From Candidatus Lustribacter sp. (GTDB lineage: Bacteria > Vulcanimicrobiota > Vulcanimicrobiia > Vulcanimicrobiales > Vulcanimicrobiaceae), in contig OZ255842.1 in assembly GCA_965277805.1 (NCBI GenBank), positions 3,072,001 through 3,136,000 on the forward strand: a stretch of DNA of 64,000 nucleotides. The letters run 5' to 3'. How positions within the stretch are numbered: position 1 is the stretch's first letter; each line of letters begins with the position of its first letter. The position numbers and the translations under genes were made by a program. Below the pieces are notes generated by a model, which worked only from the letters and a program-made list of their open reading frames with translations, was not told the origin of the DNA and did not search any database. This document shows positions 46,797 through 55,813 of this stretch, in pieces.

Positions 46797-47750
46797 CTAG
46801 AATCGCGCGATGAGGTCTTGCGCTCGCAGGGGCTTTTGAATCGCGCCGTATTTCACCGCGACGTCGATGATGGGCTGCAGGTCGCTGACGCGCAGTGCAT
46901 CACCGTAGAACGGCGGGGCCACTAACGATTGCGCGATCGCCGGCGGAAGCTTAAGCGAATCGACGAGAATCCGTTCCGTTCCGGCTCGATTCGCGTTCGC
47001 CCAGACCGCGGCATCGTGCATGGCTGCCGCAAGCTGCACGGCTGCGGCGCGATTCTTGCCCACCCAATCCGTCGTTGAAAACCAGCCGTTCAGCATGAAC
47101 GTCGGAGCGATGCCCGATTTGGTAAATCTGACGACCCGCATGTCGCCCCGCGCGACAGCCATCGCGAAGATCGGTTCACCGGCAACCGCGGCCGCAACCG
47201 TCCCCTGCGCAACCGCAACCGGCATCTGCGGAAGCGGCGCCTCAATGAACTTCACCGTCTTCGAATCGCCCCCATTAGCATCGATCCACACCTGCGCTTC
47301 AAGGCTCGATATCGAATTGAGCGCGTTGACGGCGACCACTTGCCCGTTCAAAGCCTTCGCCGTTTGCAGTTGCGAATCGGACTTGACGATCAATCCGCCT
47401 TGCGAGAACGCCGGCGTATTGAGGATGCCCGCGGCGATGTATTCGAACGGCAAGCCGCGCGAGCGCGCGTTGGCAATGCTGATGACATCGGAGAACCCGG
47501 CGTCGAGCGAACCGCCGGCGACCGCTTCGGCGATCGCGGAGCCGCTATTCATCGGTACGAGTTCGACCTTCAAGTTGTGTTTTTCAAAATAGCCCTGCTG
47601 TTGGGCAATGTAACCTAGGGCGGCGCCGATCGACGGAATGACGCCCAGGCGCACGGCCGCAGGCGGAGCGGCCTGCGAATAGCCCGGACTGCTCGCCCCA
47701 AGAGCGGCGCCGATGAGCGCAAACAAGACAATGGTTCGGATAGCGGACAT
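46797..47750 (-). CDS. NitT/TauT ABC substrate-binding protein
   Basis: 'LNGQVVAVNAL...WIDANGGDSKTVKFIEAP'. Confidence 0.85.
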   Translation of the reverse strand: MSAIRTIVLFALIGAALGASSPGYSQAAPPAAVRLGVIPSIGAALGYIAQQQGYFEKHNLKVELVPMNSGSAIAEAVAGGSLDAGFSDVISIANARSRGLPFEYIAAGILNTPAFSQGGLIVKSDSQLQTAKALNGQVVAVNALNSISSLEAQVWIDANGGDSKTVKFIEAPLPQMPVAVAQGTVAAAVAGEPIFAMAVARGDMRVVRFTKSGIAPTFMLNGWFSTTDWVGKNRAAAVQLAAAMHDAAVWANANRAGTERILVDSLKLPPAIAQSLVAPPFYGDALRVSDLQPIIDVAVKYGAIQKPLRAQDLIARF

Positions 47751-47783
47751 GATGCCTCCGGAACTTGATTCAGAGAGCGAGGT

Positions 47784-48290
47784 CTAGGCGGTTAATTCGC
47801 GCAACCGAAGCGCGTGTGCGTTATCGCGAATGGAAATCAGGAAGTCGCGGACAAAGTCCACGTCCTTTTTGGACTTGCCCGCAAGCACGGCGTCATGCTG
47901 CTCGGCCGAATACGCTAAGATGATCGGGCGCAGCGCACACCCCTTCTCCGTCAGGAAAACGTTGATGCGCCGCCGATCTTCCGTGCTGCGGACGCGAACG
48001 ACAAAGTCGCGCTCCTCCATCGCGTCCAACACGATCGTTAACGCCGGGCCCATCACGCTCACGCGGTCGCTGATCTCACGCTGCGTCAGCCCGTCATCTT
48101 GCCAGAGTTCGCGGAGAATGAAGTACTGGCCGAGCGTCAGCTGGTGCTTTTCGATGCGTTGCTGGAAAGCCGACATTACCGCTTTCGATGCGTCGCGCAG
48201 CAAGTAGAAGAGGCTGCCCTTGGGGTCGAGGCTGAAGCCCAAACCGTGAATCGGCGGCGCCGTCGAGCTACGTTTTTGGCGATTTCGCAA
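47784..48290 (-). CDS. MarR family regulator (start uncertain)
   Basis: 'LWQDDGLTQREIS', 'EDRRRINVFLTEKG'. Confidence 0.85.
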   Translation of the reverse strand: MRNRQKRSSTAPPIHGLGFSLDPKGSLFYLLRDASKAVMSAFQQRIEKHQLTLGQYFILRELWQDDGLTQREISDRVSVMGPALTIVLDAMEERDFVVRVRSTEDRRRINVFLTEKGCALRPIILAYSAEQHDAVLAGKSKKDVDFVRDFLISIRDNAHALRLRELTA

Positions 48291-48308
48291 GCAGGAACCT
48301 CGATTCGA

Positions 48309-48326
48309 TAATACTATTAACTATTA
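48309..48326. promoter_or_regulatory. AT-rich inverted repeat between divergent marR and Rieske genes (operator candidate)
   Basis: TAATA-CTATTAAC-TATTA in an otherwise GC-rich context. Confidence 0.4.
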
Positions 48327-48344
48327 CTGGCATTCACGGTTTCC

Positions 48345-49652
48345 GTGAAGAATCCCGCTCGCAGGGAGATCCACTTGAAAGAAACGTTCCTGACGCGCCC
48401 CTATGGCGCGTATCACTACAACCGCATCGCGCCGCAGAGCGACCTCGAGCTCGTGCAAACGGGCCCCGGCACGCCGTGTGGTGAGTATCTACGAACGGCG
48501 TGGCAGCCCGTCGCGCTTGCGAGCGACCTCACCGACATCCCCAAGCGCATCCGCATTCTGGGTGAGGACTTGGTGATCTTCAGAGACCGAAGCGGCGATG
48601 TCGGACTTCTTCAGATGGCGTGCAGCCATCGCGGAACGTCGCTCGAATTCGGAATCATCGCGGACCACGGCATTCGCTGCTGCTATCACGGCTGGCACTA
48701 CGCCGTCGACGGGACCATCCTCGATATTCCAAGCGAACCCGAAGGGACACTGAAGAATCGCTTATGCCACGGGGCGTATCCAACGCACGAGTTCCGCGGG
48801 CTGATCTTCGCCTACATGGGACCGCCCGAGAAAAAGCCGGAATTCGCGATGTTGGATACCTGGAACATGCCCGGCTACACGTCGGTGCCCGGACCGCGCC
48901 ACTACCTGCCTTGCAATTGGCTCCAGGTGCGCGAGAACAACATGGATCCGGTTCACACCGCGTTTCTCCACACGATCGTTAGCGGCGCGCAGTTCACCGA
49001 GCAGTTCGGCGTCGTCCCGGAGTTGGATTTTCAGGAAACGCCCGTCGGGATGATCTATTCGGCAACGCGGCGGGTCGGCGAGATGGCGTGGGTGCGGATC
49101 ACCGAGATCATTCTGCCGAACATGAATCAAACGCCGCCCTACTGGGAAACGGCCGATGAGGAAAAGAGCGGCGTACCGCCGATGCTGACGGCCTGGATCG
49201 TGCCCGTCGACGATACGAACACGGTTCGTTTCATCTTGCTCCACAATAAGGAAGGTCATGGCCCCGGCGCAGAACGCGTAACCGCAACGCTGAACTTTGA
49301 GGTCGACGAGAGCCGGACGCCGGAAGATCGGCAACGCGTGCCCGGGGATTACGAGGCCCAAGTCGGGCAAGGCGCCATCGCCAATCACGATCGCGAGCAC
49401 CTCGTTGCATCCGACCGCGGCGTCATCATGTACCGTAAGCTCGTCCGGCACGGAATTCGTGCGTTGGAAAGCGGACACGTTCCATCGACGTGGGCGACGC
49501 AAACGCAGACCCCGATTCCGACGTACTCCCGCGACACCGTGCTCCGCGTCGCCGCCGGTAAGGACGGCCAAGCCGATCGTGAAGTGTTACGGGCCGCCGC
49601 GAAGGACGTCTTTCAAAGCCCCCTCACGCGTGCACTCCACACGGTCTCATAG
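48345..49652 (+). CDS. Rieske non-heme iron oxygenase (phthalate 4,5-dioxygenase-like family); start uncertain
   Basis: 'GPGTPCGEYLR', 'CSHRG...CCYHGW', 'CNWLQVRENNMDPVH..FLH'. Confidence 0.88.
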   Translation: MKNPARREIHLKETFLTRPYGAYHYNRIAPQSDLELVQTGPGTPCGEYLRTAWQPVALASDLTDIPKRIRILGEDLVIFRDRSGDVGLLQMACSHRGTSLEFGIIADHGIRCCYHGWHYAVDGTILDIPSEPEGTLKNRLCHGAYPTHEFRGLIFAYMGPPEKKPEFAMLDTWNMPGYTSVPGPRHYLPCNWLQVRENNMDPVHTAFLHTIVSGAQFTEQFGVVPELDFQETPVGMIYSATRRVGEMAWVRITEIILPNMNQTPPYWETADEEKSGVPPMLTAWIVPVDDTNTVRFILLHNKEGHGPGAERVTATLNFEVDESRTPEDRQRVPGDYEAQVGQGAIANHDREHLVASDRGVIMYRKLVRHGIRALESGHVPSTWATQTQTPIPTYSRDTVLRVAAGKDGQADREVLRAAAKDVFQSPLTRALHTVS

Positions 49653-49672
49653 CCGCAAGGCTGCCGCGCATC

Positions 49673-50836
49673 ATGCCTCGTTTGCAGGACGCGATCACGA
49701 TCGATGATCTCAAGATCTTGGCACAGCGGCGATTGCCGCGCGTCCTTTGGGACTACCTCGAAGGCGGCGCCGAGGAGGAGCAAACGCTGCGGGCCAACCG
49801 CCGGGCGTTTGACCGCTACGCGTTCACACCGCGCGCGGCGACCGGCGAGGGCAAGCAAGACATCGGCATCGAGCTCTACGGCCACAAGTTGGCCGCGCCG
49901 TTCTTCGTCGGTCCGACCGGGCTCAACGGCATTTTCCAGCCCGACGGCGACCTTCAACTCACGCGAGCGTGCGATGAGGCCGGCATCGGCATGGCCCTCG
50001 CAACAGCTTCCAACAACTCCATCGAGGAAGTCGCAGCCGTCGCTACGCGTGGCACATTCCGGATGTTCCAGCTCTATCCGTGGGGCGGTCGCGAGTTGCA
50101 TTCGCATCTCGCAGATCGCGCTGCGGCTGCAGGATTCGGCGCGCTCATCGTGACCGTCGACTCGCTCTTTCCCGGTAATCGCCTGCGCGATCGGCGCAAT
50201 GGCTTTGCTCATTCGCTGCACATGACGCCGCGGACGGTCGTCGATGGCTTGCTGCACCCGGGCTGGCTCTTCTCCACCTGGCTTCCACGCGGAATGCCGA
50301 GCCTCAAGAATATCGCACCGTTACTGCCACCCGGGACGAGCGCGTTCGAACTTGCGGACTACACGCGGCGCCAGCGCAACACATACTATAACTGGGACGA
50401 TATCGCGTGGCTGCGCAGGACGTGGAACCGGCCGCTCATCGTCAAGGGTTTGTTGAATCCCGCAGACGTGCACCGAGCCCGGCAGGAAGGCCTAGACGGC
50501 GTCATCGTGTCTAATCACGGCGGTCGCGCTCTCGATGGCGCGCCGGCGACGTTGGACATTTTGCCGGCCATGCTGGAAGCCGCCGGCGACATGCCGGTCA
50601 TGATCGACAGCGGCTTTCGCCGGGGAGCGGACATCGTGAAGGCGCTTGCGCTCGGAGCCCGCTGCGTTCTGATCGGACGCGCTACGCTCTACGGACTTGC
50701 TGCGGGAGGCCAGGCGGGCGTCACGCGCGCTATCCAAATCTTGGCAGACGAAACCGAACGGGTTCTCGCACTTCTAGGCGTGGGCTCGGTGAACCAACTC
50801 AGTCCGAATCACGTCCAACAAACCCACGTGTTTTAA
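49673..50836 (+). CDS. FMN-dependent alpha-hydroxy-acid dehydrogenase/oxidase (LldD/MdlB-like)
   Basis: 'DYLEGGA', 'VTVD', 'IVKG', 'VSNHGGR', 'DSGFRRG', 'IGRATLY'. Confidence 0.92.
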   Translation: MPRLQDAITIDDLKILAQRRLPRVLWDYLEGGAEEEQTLRANRRAFDRYAFTPRAATGEGKQDIGIELYGHKLAAPFFVGPTGLNGIFQPDGDLQLTRACDEAGIGMALATASNNSIEEVAAVATRGTFRMFQLYPWGGRELHSHLADRAAAAGFGALIVTVDSLFPGNRLRDRRNGFAHSLHMTPRTVVDGLLHPGWLFSTWLPRGMPSLKNIAPLLPPGTSAFELADYTRRQRNTYYNWDDIAWLRRTWNRPLIVKGLLNPADVHRARQEGLDGVIVSNHGGRALDGAPATLDILPAMLEAAGDMPVMIDSGFRRGADIVKALALGARCVLIGRATLYGLAAGGQAGVTRAIQILADETERVLALLGVGSVNQLSPNHVQQTHVF

Positions 50837-50846
50837 GGGGTCATCC

Positions 50847-51578
50847 ATGCGCGAGATCAAGGTTGCATATGAAGTCAACGGCCGGCCGCACGAGGGAAGC
50901 GTCGTCTACGATGAGACCCTCGAGCGTCCGCGACCCGCGCTCTACATGCAGCCGAATTGGTACGGCGTCTGCGAAAAGAACAGCGCACAAGCGGCGAGCA
51001 TCGCGGGGCGAGACTACGTCGTTCTCCTGGCCGACATGTTCGGCGCCGGCCACTTCGAAAAGGCCCTCACTCCGCCGGAGCGTTTGGAGCAAGTGAAGCA
51101 CCTCCACACGAACGTTGACGGCTTCACGCTTCCATGTTCGAATACCGCATTCGACGCGTTGATGGCGGAGGCGGTCAAGCAGGGCTGTGTCGACGCGTCG
51201 AAGCCTGCGTTTGGAGTCGGCTTCTGCGCCGGGGCGGGCGTGATGCTCGATCAGATGCGTAACGGTCTGAGCCTCGAAGCGTGTGCGCTCTTCCATTCCA
51301 CATTGCCCAACTCGGCGCGGCCGCCGGCCGAAAACAAACTGCGCGCGCGCTGTTTGATCCTGCACGGAGCAAACGACCCGGTTACATCCAAGGCCGACAT
51401 CGACACGCTCCAAACGGAGCTAACTGCCGCCGGAGTCGATTGGCAAACCGTGATGTTTGCGAATGGCCTCCATTCTTTCACCGAGCCCTACTGCAAGCCA
51501 AGTCCCGCCGAACGCTATGACGAGCATGCCACGTTGAAGGGCTACGATCTCATGAGGGATTTCTTCCTCAACTGGTAA
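50847..51578 (+). CDS. dienelactone hydrolase family protein
   Basis: 'GFCAG', 'HGANDP', 'HSFT'. Confidence 0.85.
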   Translation: MREIKVAYEVNGRPHEGSVVYDETLERPRPALYMQPNWYGVCEKNSAQAASIAGRDYVVLLADMFGAGHFEKALTPPERLEQVKHLHTNVDGFTLPCSNTAFDALMAEAVKQGCVDASKPAFGVGFCAGAGVMLDQMRNGLSLEACALFHSTLPNSARPPAENKLRARCLILHGANDPVTSKADIDTLQTELTAAGVDWQTVMFANGLHSFTEPYCKPSPAERYDEHATLKGYDLMRDFFLNW

Positions 51579-51604
51579 CGCGAAACGCTGCCGGATCTCG
51601 ATAC

Positions 51605-52693
51605 TTAAAACTCGTGCATGTGCGGTAGCACTTTGGATCCGAACAATTCGATCGAGCGCATCGTGCGTTCGCCGAGCTGAACGCCCACGGGCAGGTCAAT
51701 GAGGCCGGCGCCGAGTTCGTCGTGTATCCGCCGCACTTGTTTCAAGACGGTCTCCGGACTGCCGACGACGAGTTGCCCCAGTTCGATACGCTCGGCCAAC
51801 TGTCGCGTTGCGTTGCGCGTCGTCTGCCCCTTATAATCGCTGCCGAAGTATCCCGATTTGGTGACGGCTTCCGAAAGCGCTTTGTTCTGGTTGGTCAAGC
51901 TCACCCGCGGCGGCAGCGTGGCCATATCCGCGAAGGCTTGCTCGTCCGTCTCCGCCACGTGGAATGCGGCGCGGTAGATCACGTTCTCGGCAGTTGGTTC
52001 CCACCCGGCGGCGCGAGCGCACTCTCGATAATGCGTGACCGACTTTTTCGCGAGCGGAACCGTGGTGAAGGCGAATCCGGCGCCGATGTGGTTGTTGGCA
52101 GCGAATTCCGCCGCTTCCGGGCTCGACGTCGACATGAACATCGGCGGATGCGGATTCTGCACCGGCCTGGGCCAAATGGAGACCGTCCGGTTCTGGAAAT
52201 ATTTCCCTTCCCAGCCGAAGGGCTCCATCTCCGTCCAGCAGCGCCGGATCAAAGCCACGGCCTCGGCAAAACGCTCGCGCGATTCAGACGGATTGATGTT
52301 GTAGGTGACATACTCGTTGCCCGTGCCGCGCATCATTCCGGCCACGAGCCGGCCATTGGACATGACGTCGATCATCGCAAATTCTTCCGCCACGCGAATG
52401 GGGTTGAGGATCGGAATGGTGGGTCCGAGGACAGCGATCTTTGCTCTTTTCACGATTTGGCACAGCGCGCCGGCCATGACCATAGGGTTCGGCGTCAACG
52501 ACATCGGCGAAAAGTGGTGCTCGGCGCACGTGACCCAATCGAAACCGTATTCGTCGGCGAGACGAAACTGATCGAATGTCGTCTGCATCGAATGCACCGC
52601 GACGTCCGGCTCATAGAACGTTCCCGGCAAAGGCCAGACATCATCAGGTACCGTCGCCGCATAGCGGGCGCTGCAAAACAGTGAAGCCTTCAT
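51605..52693 (-). CDS. LLM (luciferase-like) flavin-dependent monooxygenase
   Basis: 'GFDWVTCAEHH', 'NPIRVAEEFAMIDVMSNGR', 'PRPVQNPHPP'. Confidence 0.9.
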   Translation of the reverse strand: MKASLFCSARYAATVPDDVWPLPGTFYEPDVAVHSMQTTFDQFRLADEYGFDWVTCAEHHFSPMSLTPNPMVMAGALCQIVKRAKIAVLGPTIPILNPIRVAEEFAMIDVMSNGRLVAGMMRGTGNEYVTYNINPSESRERFAEAVALIRRCWTEMEPFGWEGKYFQNRTVSIWPRPVQNPHPPMFMSTSSPEAAEFAANNHIGAGFAFTTVPLAKKSVTHYRECARAAGWEPTAENVIYRAAFHVAETDEQAFADMATLPPRVSLTNQNKALSEAVTKSGYFGSDYKGQTTRNATRQLAERIELGQLVVGSPETVLKQVRRIHDELGAGLIDLPVGVQLGERTMRSIELFGSKVLPHMHEF

Positions 52694-53325
52694 TACGATC
52701 TTTCAGGGTGAACGAGAGCGCGCGTCTCGCGGACGACAAATTGTTCCTTGCGGGTCAAGAAATCTCCGACCACCGATGCGAATGCCTCAGGTTGGTCGGC
52801 ATCGATCGCTTGAGCTGCGCCGTAAACGAACACGACGTGGCAGCTCCGCAAGACCTGACGGTAGAGGCGCGCGCCCTCCGGCGCTACCTTGTCGTCGGCG
52901 CCGAAAAGGATCAGCACCGGTTGCGCCAGCTCGGCGACGCGCTTCTCAAATGATTCGTCGGGCGGCGACGCGGCCGGGGCGCTCAAGACGATCGTTTCCA
53001 CCGATTCCGGCTGAAGGATCGCCATCCACAACGCGACCGTCGATCCGAGCGCGGTCCCCACGACGCTGTACCGCTCGATGCCGAGCGCAGCAGCCGCAGC
53101 ATTCACGTGGCGAGCAAGATCCTCGATGGAGGCCGAGCCTCGATTCTCCGGCAGCTCCAAAGCGATGACGCGAAAGGTTTGCGCCAGTAATTCGCGGCTG
53201 GGTGAGCGTTGCAGACTGCCGGCTTCGTGCAGATAGATGATCGGGTGGCCATGCCCCGCCTGAACCCACCGGACGCGAAAACCGCCGGCTTCGACGAACC
53301 CCTCTGTAGAGGACTCACTGATCAT
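52693..53325 (-). CDS. alpha/beta hydrolase fold protein, apparently lacking catalytic Ser and His
   Basis: Fold motifs present, but 'GTALG' at the nucleophile elbow and 'GAAQA' at the His position. Confidence 0.75.
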   Translation of the reverse strand: MISESSTEGFVEAGGFRVRWVQAGHGHPIIYLHEAGSLQRSPSRELLAQTFRVIALELPENRGSASIEDLARHVNAAAAALGIERYSVVGTALGSTVALWMAILQPESVETIVLSAPAASPPDESFEKRVAELAQPVLILFGADDKVAPEGARLYRQVLRSCHVVFVYGAAQAIDADQPEAFASVVGDFLTRKEQFVVRETRALVHPERS

Positions 53326-53367
53326 GGGTAGCCGTCTTCCGTGCTCGCGGCCGATTCGCATGCAATG

Positions 53368-53392
53368 AAAAAACCCCGATTTCTCGGGGTTT
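53368..53392 (-). terminator. Rho-independent terminator
   Basis: Minus strand AAACCCCGA-GAAA-TCGGGGTTT followed by TTT. Confidence 0.7.
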
Positions 53393-53412
53393 AAACTGGA
53401 GCCGGCGGCGGA
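53380..53412 (-). repeat. degenerate copy A of tRNA-Thr 3' end plus downstream sequence (att-like)
   Basis: TTTCTCGGGGTTTAAACTGGAGCCGGCG-GCGGA versus TTTCTCGGGTTTGAACTGGAGCCGACGAGCGGA starting at 63135. Confidence 0.75.
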
Positions 53413-53417
53413 TCTGC

Positions 53418-53903
53418 TCAGGCAGCCTTTTTTCGCGTGGGCGGCACTTTGGCGGGGTCGGCAGGGAGCTGCTGACGCGCCTTTTCCCATTTCTTACCAA
53501 GATCGTCAAGCTCAGCCTGCGTGAGCAACTTCTTCGCAAGCGAGAAAATTGTCGATTCCTCTTCCTGCACATGGTGTTTGATACTTTCGCCGAGAACCTG
53601 GAGCTCGGCCTTGAAGCGCTCGTCGCGCTTACGCCGCGATTTCAGCATTGCGATCAAATGCGAAGCGACTTCGTGTTCCGTGTAGGCTTCGAAAACGTCG
53701 ACGCGCTCATCTTGCTCTTCCGCTCGCTTACGCAATTGGGCATAGAAAAGCCGCTCCTCGATTTCCACGTGCGTCGTGAGCGCGTGCTCGATGCGCTTTG
53801 CCAGGTCAGCCAATTGCGCGTCGTCGGGTTCGAGTTTTTCCGCTTCGTCCAACATTGCCGCCGCGTCGCGATGCTCTTTTTTGATGATGTCGAGGATGCT
53901 CAC
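53418..53903 (-). CDS. hemerythrin (HHE) domain protein
   Basis: 'KEHR', 'HVEIEERLFY', 'EAYTEH', 'HHVQEEE..F'. Confidence 0.88.
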   Translation of the reverse strand: MSILDIIKKEHRDAAAMLDEAEKLEPDDAQLADLAKRIEHALTTHVEIEERLFYAQLRKRAEEQDERVDVFEAYTEHEVASHLIAMLKSRRKRDERFKAELQVLGESIKHHVQEEESTIFSLAKKLLTQAELDDLGKKWEKARQQLPADPAKVPPTRKKAA

Positions 53904-54000
53904 GGGTACGTCCTTTCTGACATATTGCGCGGCCGGATGGCAGCTACATGAACGTTCATACCCACAGCGCCATGGCGGTTAACCCCGTTCAATCCCCCGA

Positions 54001-54036
54001 TTTCTCGGGGGTTTGGAACTGGGCCGGCGAGCGGAC
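54001..54036 (-). repeat. degenerate copy B of tRNA-Thr 3' end plus downstream hairpin (att-like)
   Basis: TTTCTCGGGGGTTTGGAACTGG-GCCGGCGAGCGGAC; hairpin CCCCCGA-TTTC-TCGGGGG at 53994-54011. Confidence 0.75.
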
Positions 54037-54095
54037 CGGCGCCGGGGCGGCGAAGGCCGTTCCGCGGCACGTGCTCGCCGTCGAGCGGTGCTGCG

Positions 54096-54123
54096 TTGAC
54101 GATCCCAAACCGATCCGTATACT
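54096..54123 (+). promoter_or_regulatory. sigma70-like promoter for the Rieske gene at 54160
   Basis: TTGACG-N16-TATACT. Confidence 0.55.
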
Positions 54124-54159
54124 GTTTAAAGCTTATTCTTGTGAATTCGAGGCCTTGCC

Positions 54160-55386
54160 ATGGCGCTAGCTCCCGACGTCAATAAGTTGCTGACGCAAGT
54201 CGGCCCAGGGACCCCCGGCGGCGCGCTGTTGCGGCGTTACTGGATGCCGATCGCACCGGTGGCGGCGCTGGACGCCGGCCCCAAGATGCGTGTCCGAATC
54301 TTGGGCGAGAATCTCGTGCTCTTCCGCGACGGTACCGGCAGCTACGGCCTCATTCCCGAGGCCTGCCCGCACCGCCATGCCTCACTCTATAACGGCTTTG
54401 TCGAAAGTGACGGACTGCGCTGTCCGTACCATGGCTGGAAGTTCAGCGCCGGCGGCGCCTGTATCGATCAACCATTCGAACCGGCAGACTCGAAGCTGCG
54501 CGCCCTTGCCGCTCGCACGGCCTATCCGGTACAGAAGCTAGCAGGCCTCCTGTTCGCGTATCTGGGGCCCGCGCCGGCGCCGCTGCTGCCGCGCTGGGAG
54601 TATCTCGTGCGCGACGATGGAACGCGCTCGATCGTCGTGCTGCCGGAGCATCACTGCAACTGGCTGCAGAGCCAAGAGAATTCGAACGATCCGGTGCACA
54701 CCTACCATCTGCACGGCCGCATGATGCAAGAGCAGGGTCAAGCCGAAGTTGAGCGCGCCGCGATCGCGTACTTCCTGCGGCCGATTGAGAACTACAGCTT
54801 CGAGCTGTGTCACGAGCCGGCATGGAGCGGCATTCGCAAAGTGCGGGCCTTCGGCGGCGATCGGCCGGAAGTCGAAAGCGGTCATCCGGCCATTTTCCCC
54901 AACATTCTCGTCGCGCCGCAGGGCCGTGAGATCACGATGCATTGGCGGGTACCGATTGACGACGAGCACACGCGAATCTTCTGGTCCGAGTTCACGCCGG
55001 CGGAGCACAGCGTGACCCAGCGCGATGAGGATATCCCGGTGACGTATCTTCCGCATCCGCTGCGCCCCGACGGCGAATACGATCTGACAACGTTTCCGAA
55101 TCAGGATCTTATGGCGTGGGAGACGCAAGGCCCCATCGTCGACCGATCGACGGAATTGCTCGGTGCGTCCGACAAGGGCATCTTGATGTACCGTAAATTG
55201 CTGCGCGAACAGATCGAACTGGTGCAGAACGGCGGGGAACCGGCCGGGGTCATTCGCGATGCCGAACTCAATCGGATCATCGAGCTCTCGGTACACCGCG
55301 GACTCGCGAACATAACGAACGAGCTACAGCCGGATGACGGCACGGCCGGGTCGCGATCGGTGTTCGCCTCAGCTAATGGCGACTAG
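54160..55386 (+). CDS. Rieske oxygenase alpha subunit (phthalate 4,5-dioxygenase-like)
   Basis: 'CPHRHASL...RCPYHGW', 'CNWLQSQENSNDPVH.YHLH', 'QDLMAWETQG'. Confidence 0.9.
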   Translation: MALAPDVNKLLTQVGPGTPGGALLRRYWMPIAPVAALDAGPKMRVRILGENLVLFRDGTGSYGLIPEACPHRHASLYNGFVESDGLRCPYHGWKFSAGGACIDQPFEPADSKLRALAARTAYPVQKLAGLLFAYLGPAPAPLLPRWEYLVRDDGTRSIVVLPEHHCNWLQSQENSNDPVHTYHLHGRMMQEQGQAEVERAAIAYFLRPIENYSFELCHEPAWSGIRKVRAFGGDRPEVESGHPAIFPNILVAPQGREITMHWRVPIDDEHTRIFWSEFTPAEHSVTQRDEDIPVTYLPHPLRPDGEYDLTTFPNQDLMAWETQGPIVDRSTELLGASDKGILMYRKLLREQIELVQNGGEPAGVIRDAELNRIIELSVHRGLANITNELQPDDGTAGSRSVFASANGD

Positions 55387-55776
55387 TCCGGCACGCGCGA
55401 CGATTTCGTCCTCATGCGAGGGCCGGCCCGAAACCCCGATGCCTCCGACGCATTCGTCCTTATAGATGATCGGCAGCCCACCCTGAACTTGCAACAGATT
55501 CGCCGGATTGAGAAAATTTACGAAGCCGGGCCGGTCTTTCATGCGTTCTTCCAGCTCTTTTGTCGGACGTTTTGTGAGCGCGGCCGCGCGGGCCTTAGCG
55601 AGCGCCACTTCGCCTCCCGGAACACCCGGCTCGCCAACGATCTCGACGTGGATAACATTGCCGCTGTCGTTGACGATTGCAATCGAAACGTTCCAGCCGT
55701 TTTTCTGCGCCTCGGCTTTGGCGTGCGCGATGATGTTCGCGATATCGGAGGTTTCGAGGATCGGTCGGGTTCGCAT
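55369..55776 (-). CDS. GlcG/HbpS family heme-binding protein
   Basis: 'VSIAIVNDSG', 'ALAKARAA', 'QGGLPI..VGGIGVSG..EDE'. Confidence 0.88.
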   Translation of the reverse strand: MRTRPILETSDIANIIAHAKAEAQKNGWNVSIAIVNDSGNVIHVEIVGEPGVPGGEVALAKARAAALTKRPTKELEERMKDRPGFVNFLNPANLLQVQGGLPIIYKDECVGGIGVSGRPSHEDEIVARAGLVAIS

Positions 55777-55813
55777 CGTTACACGTTCCTTTGCTCATGA
55801 AAGCTGATCGTCT

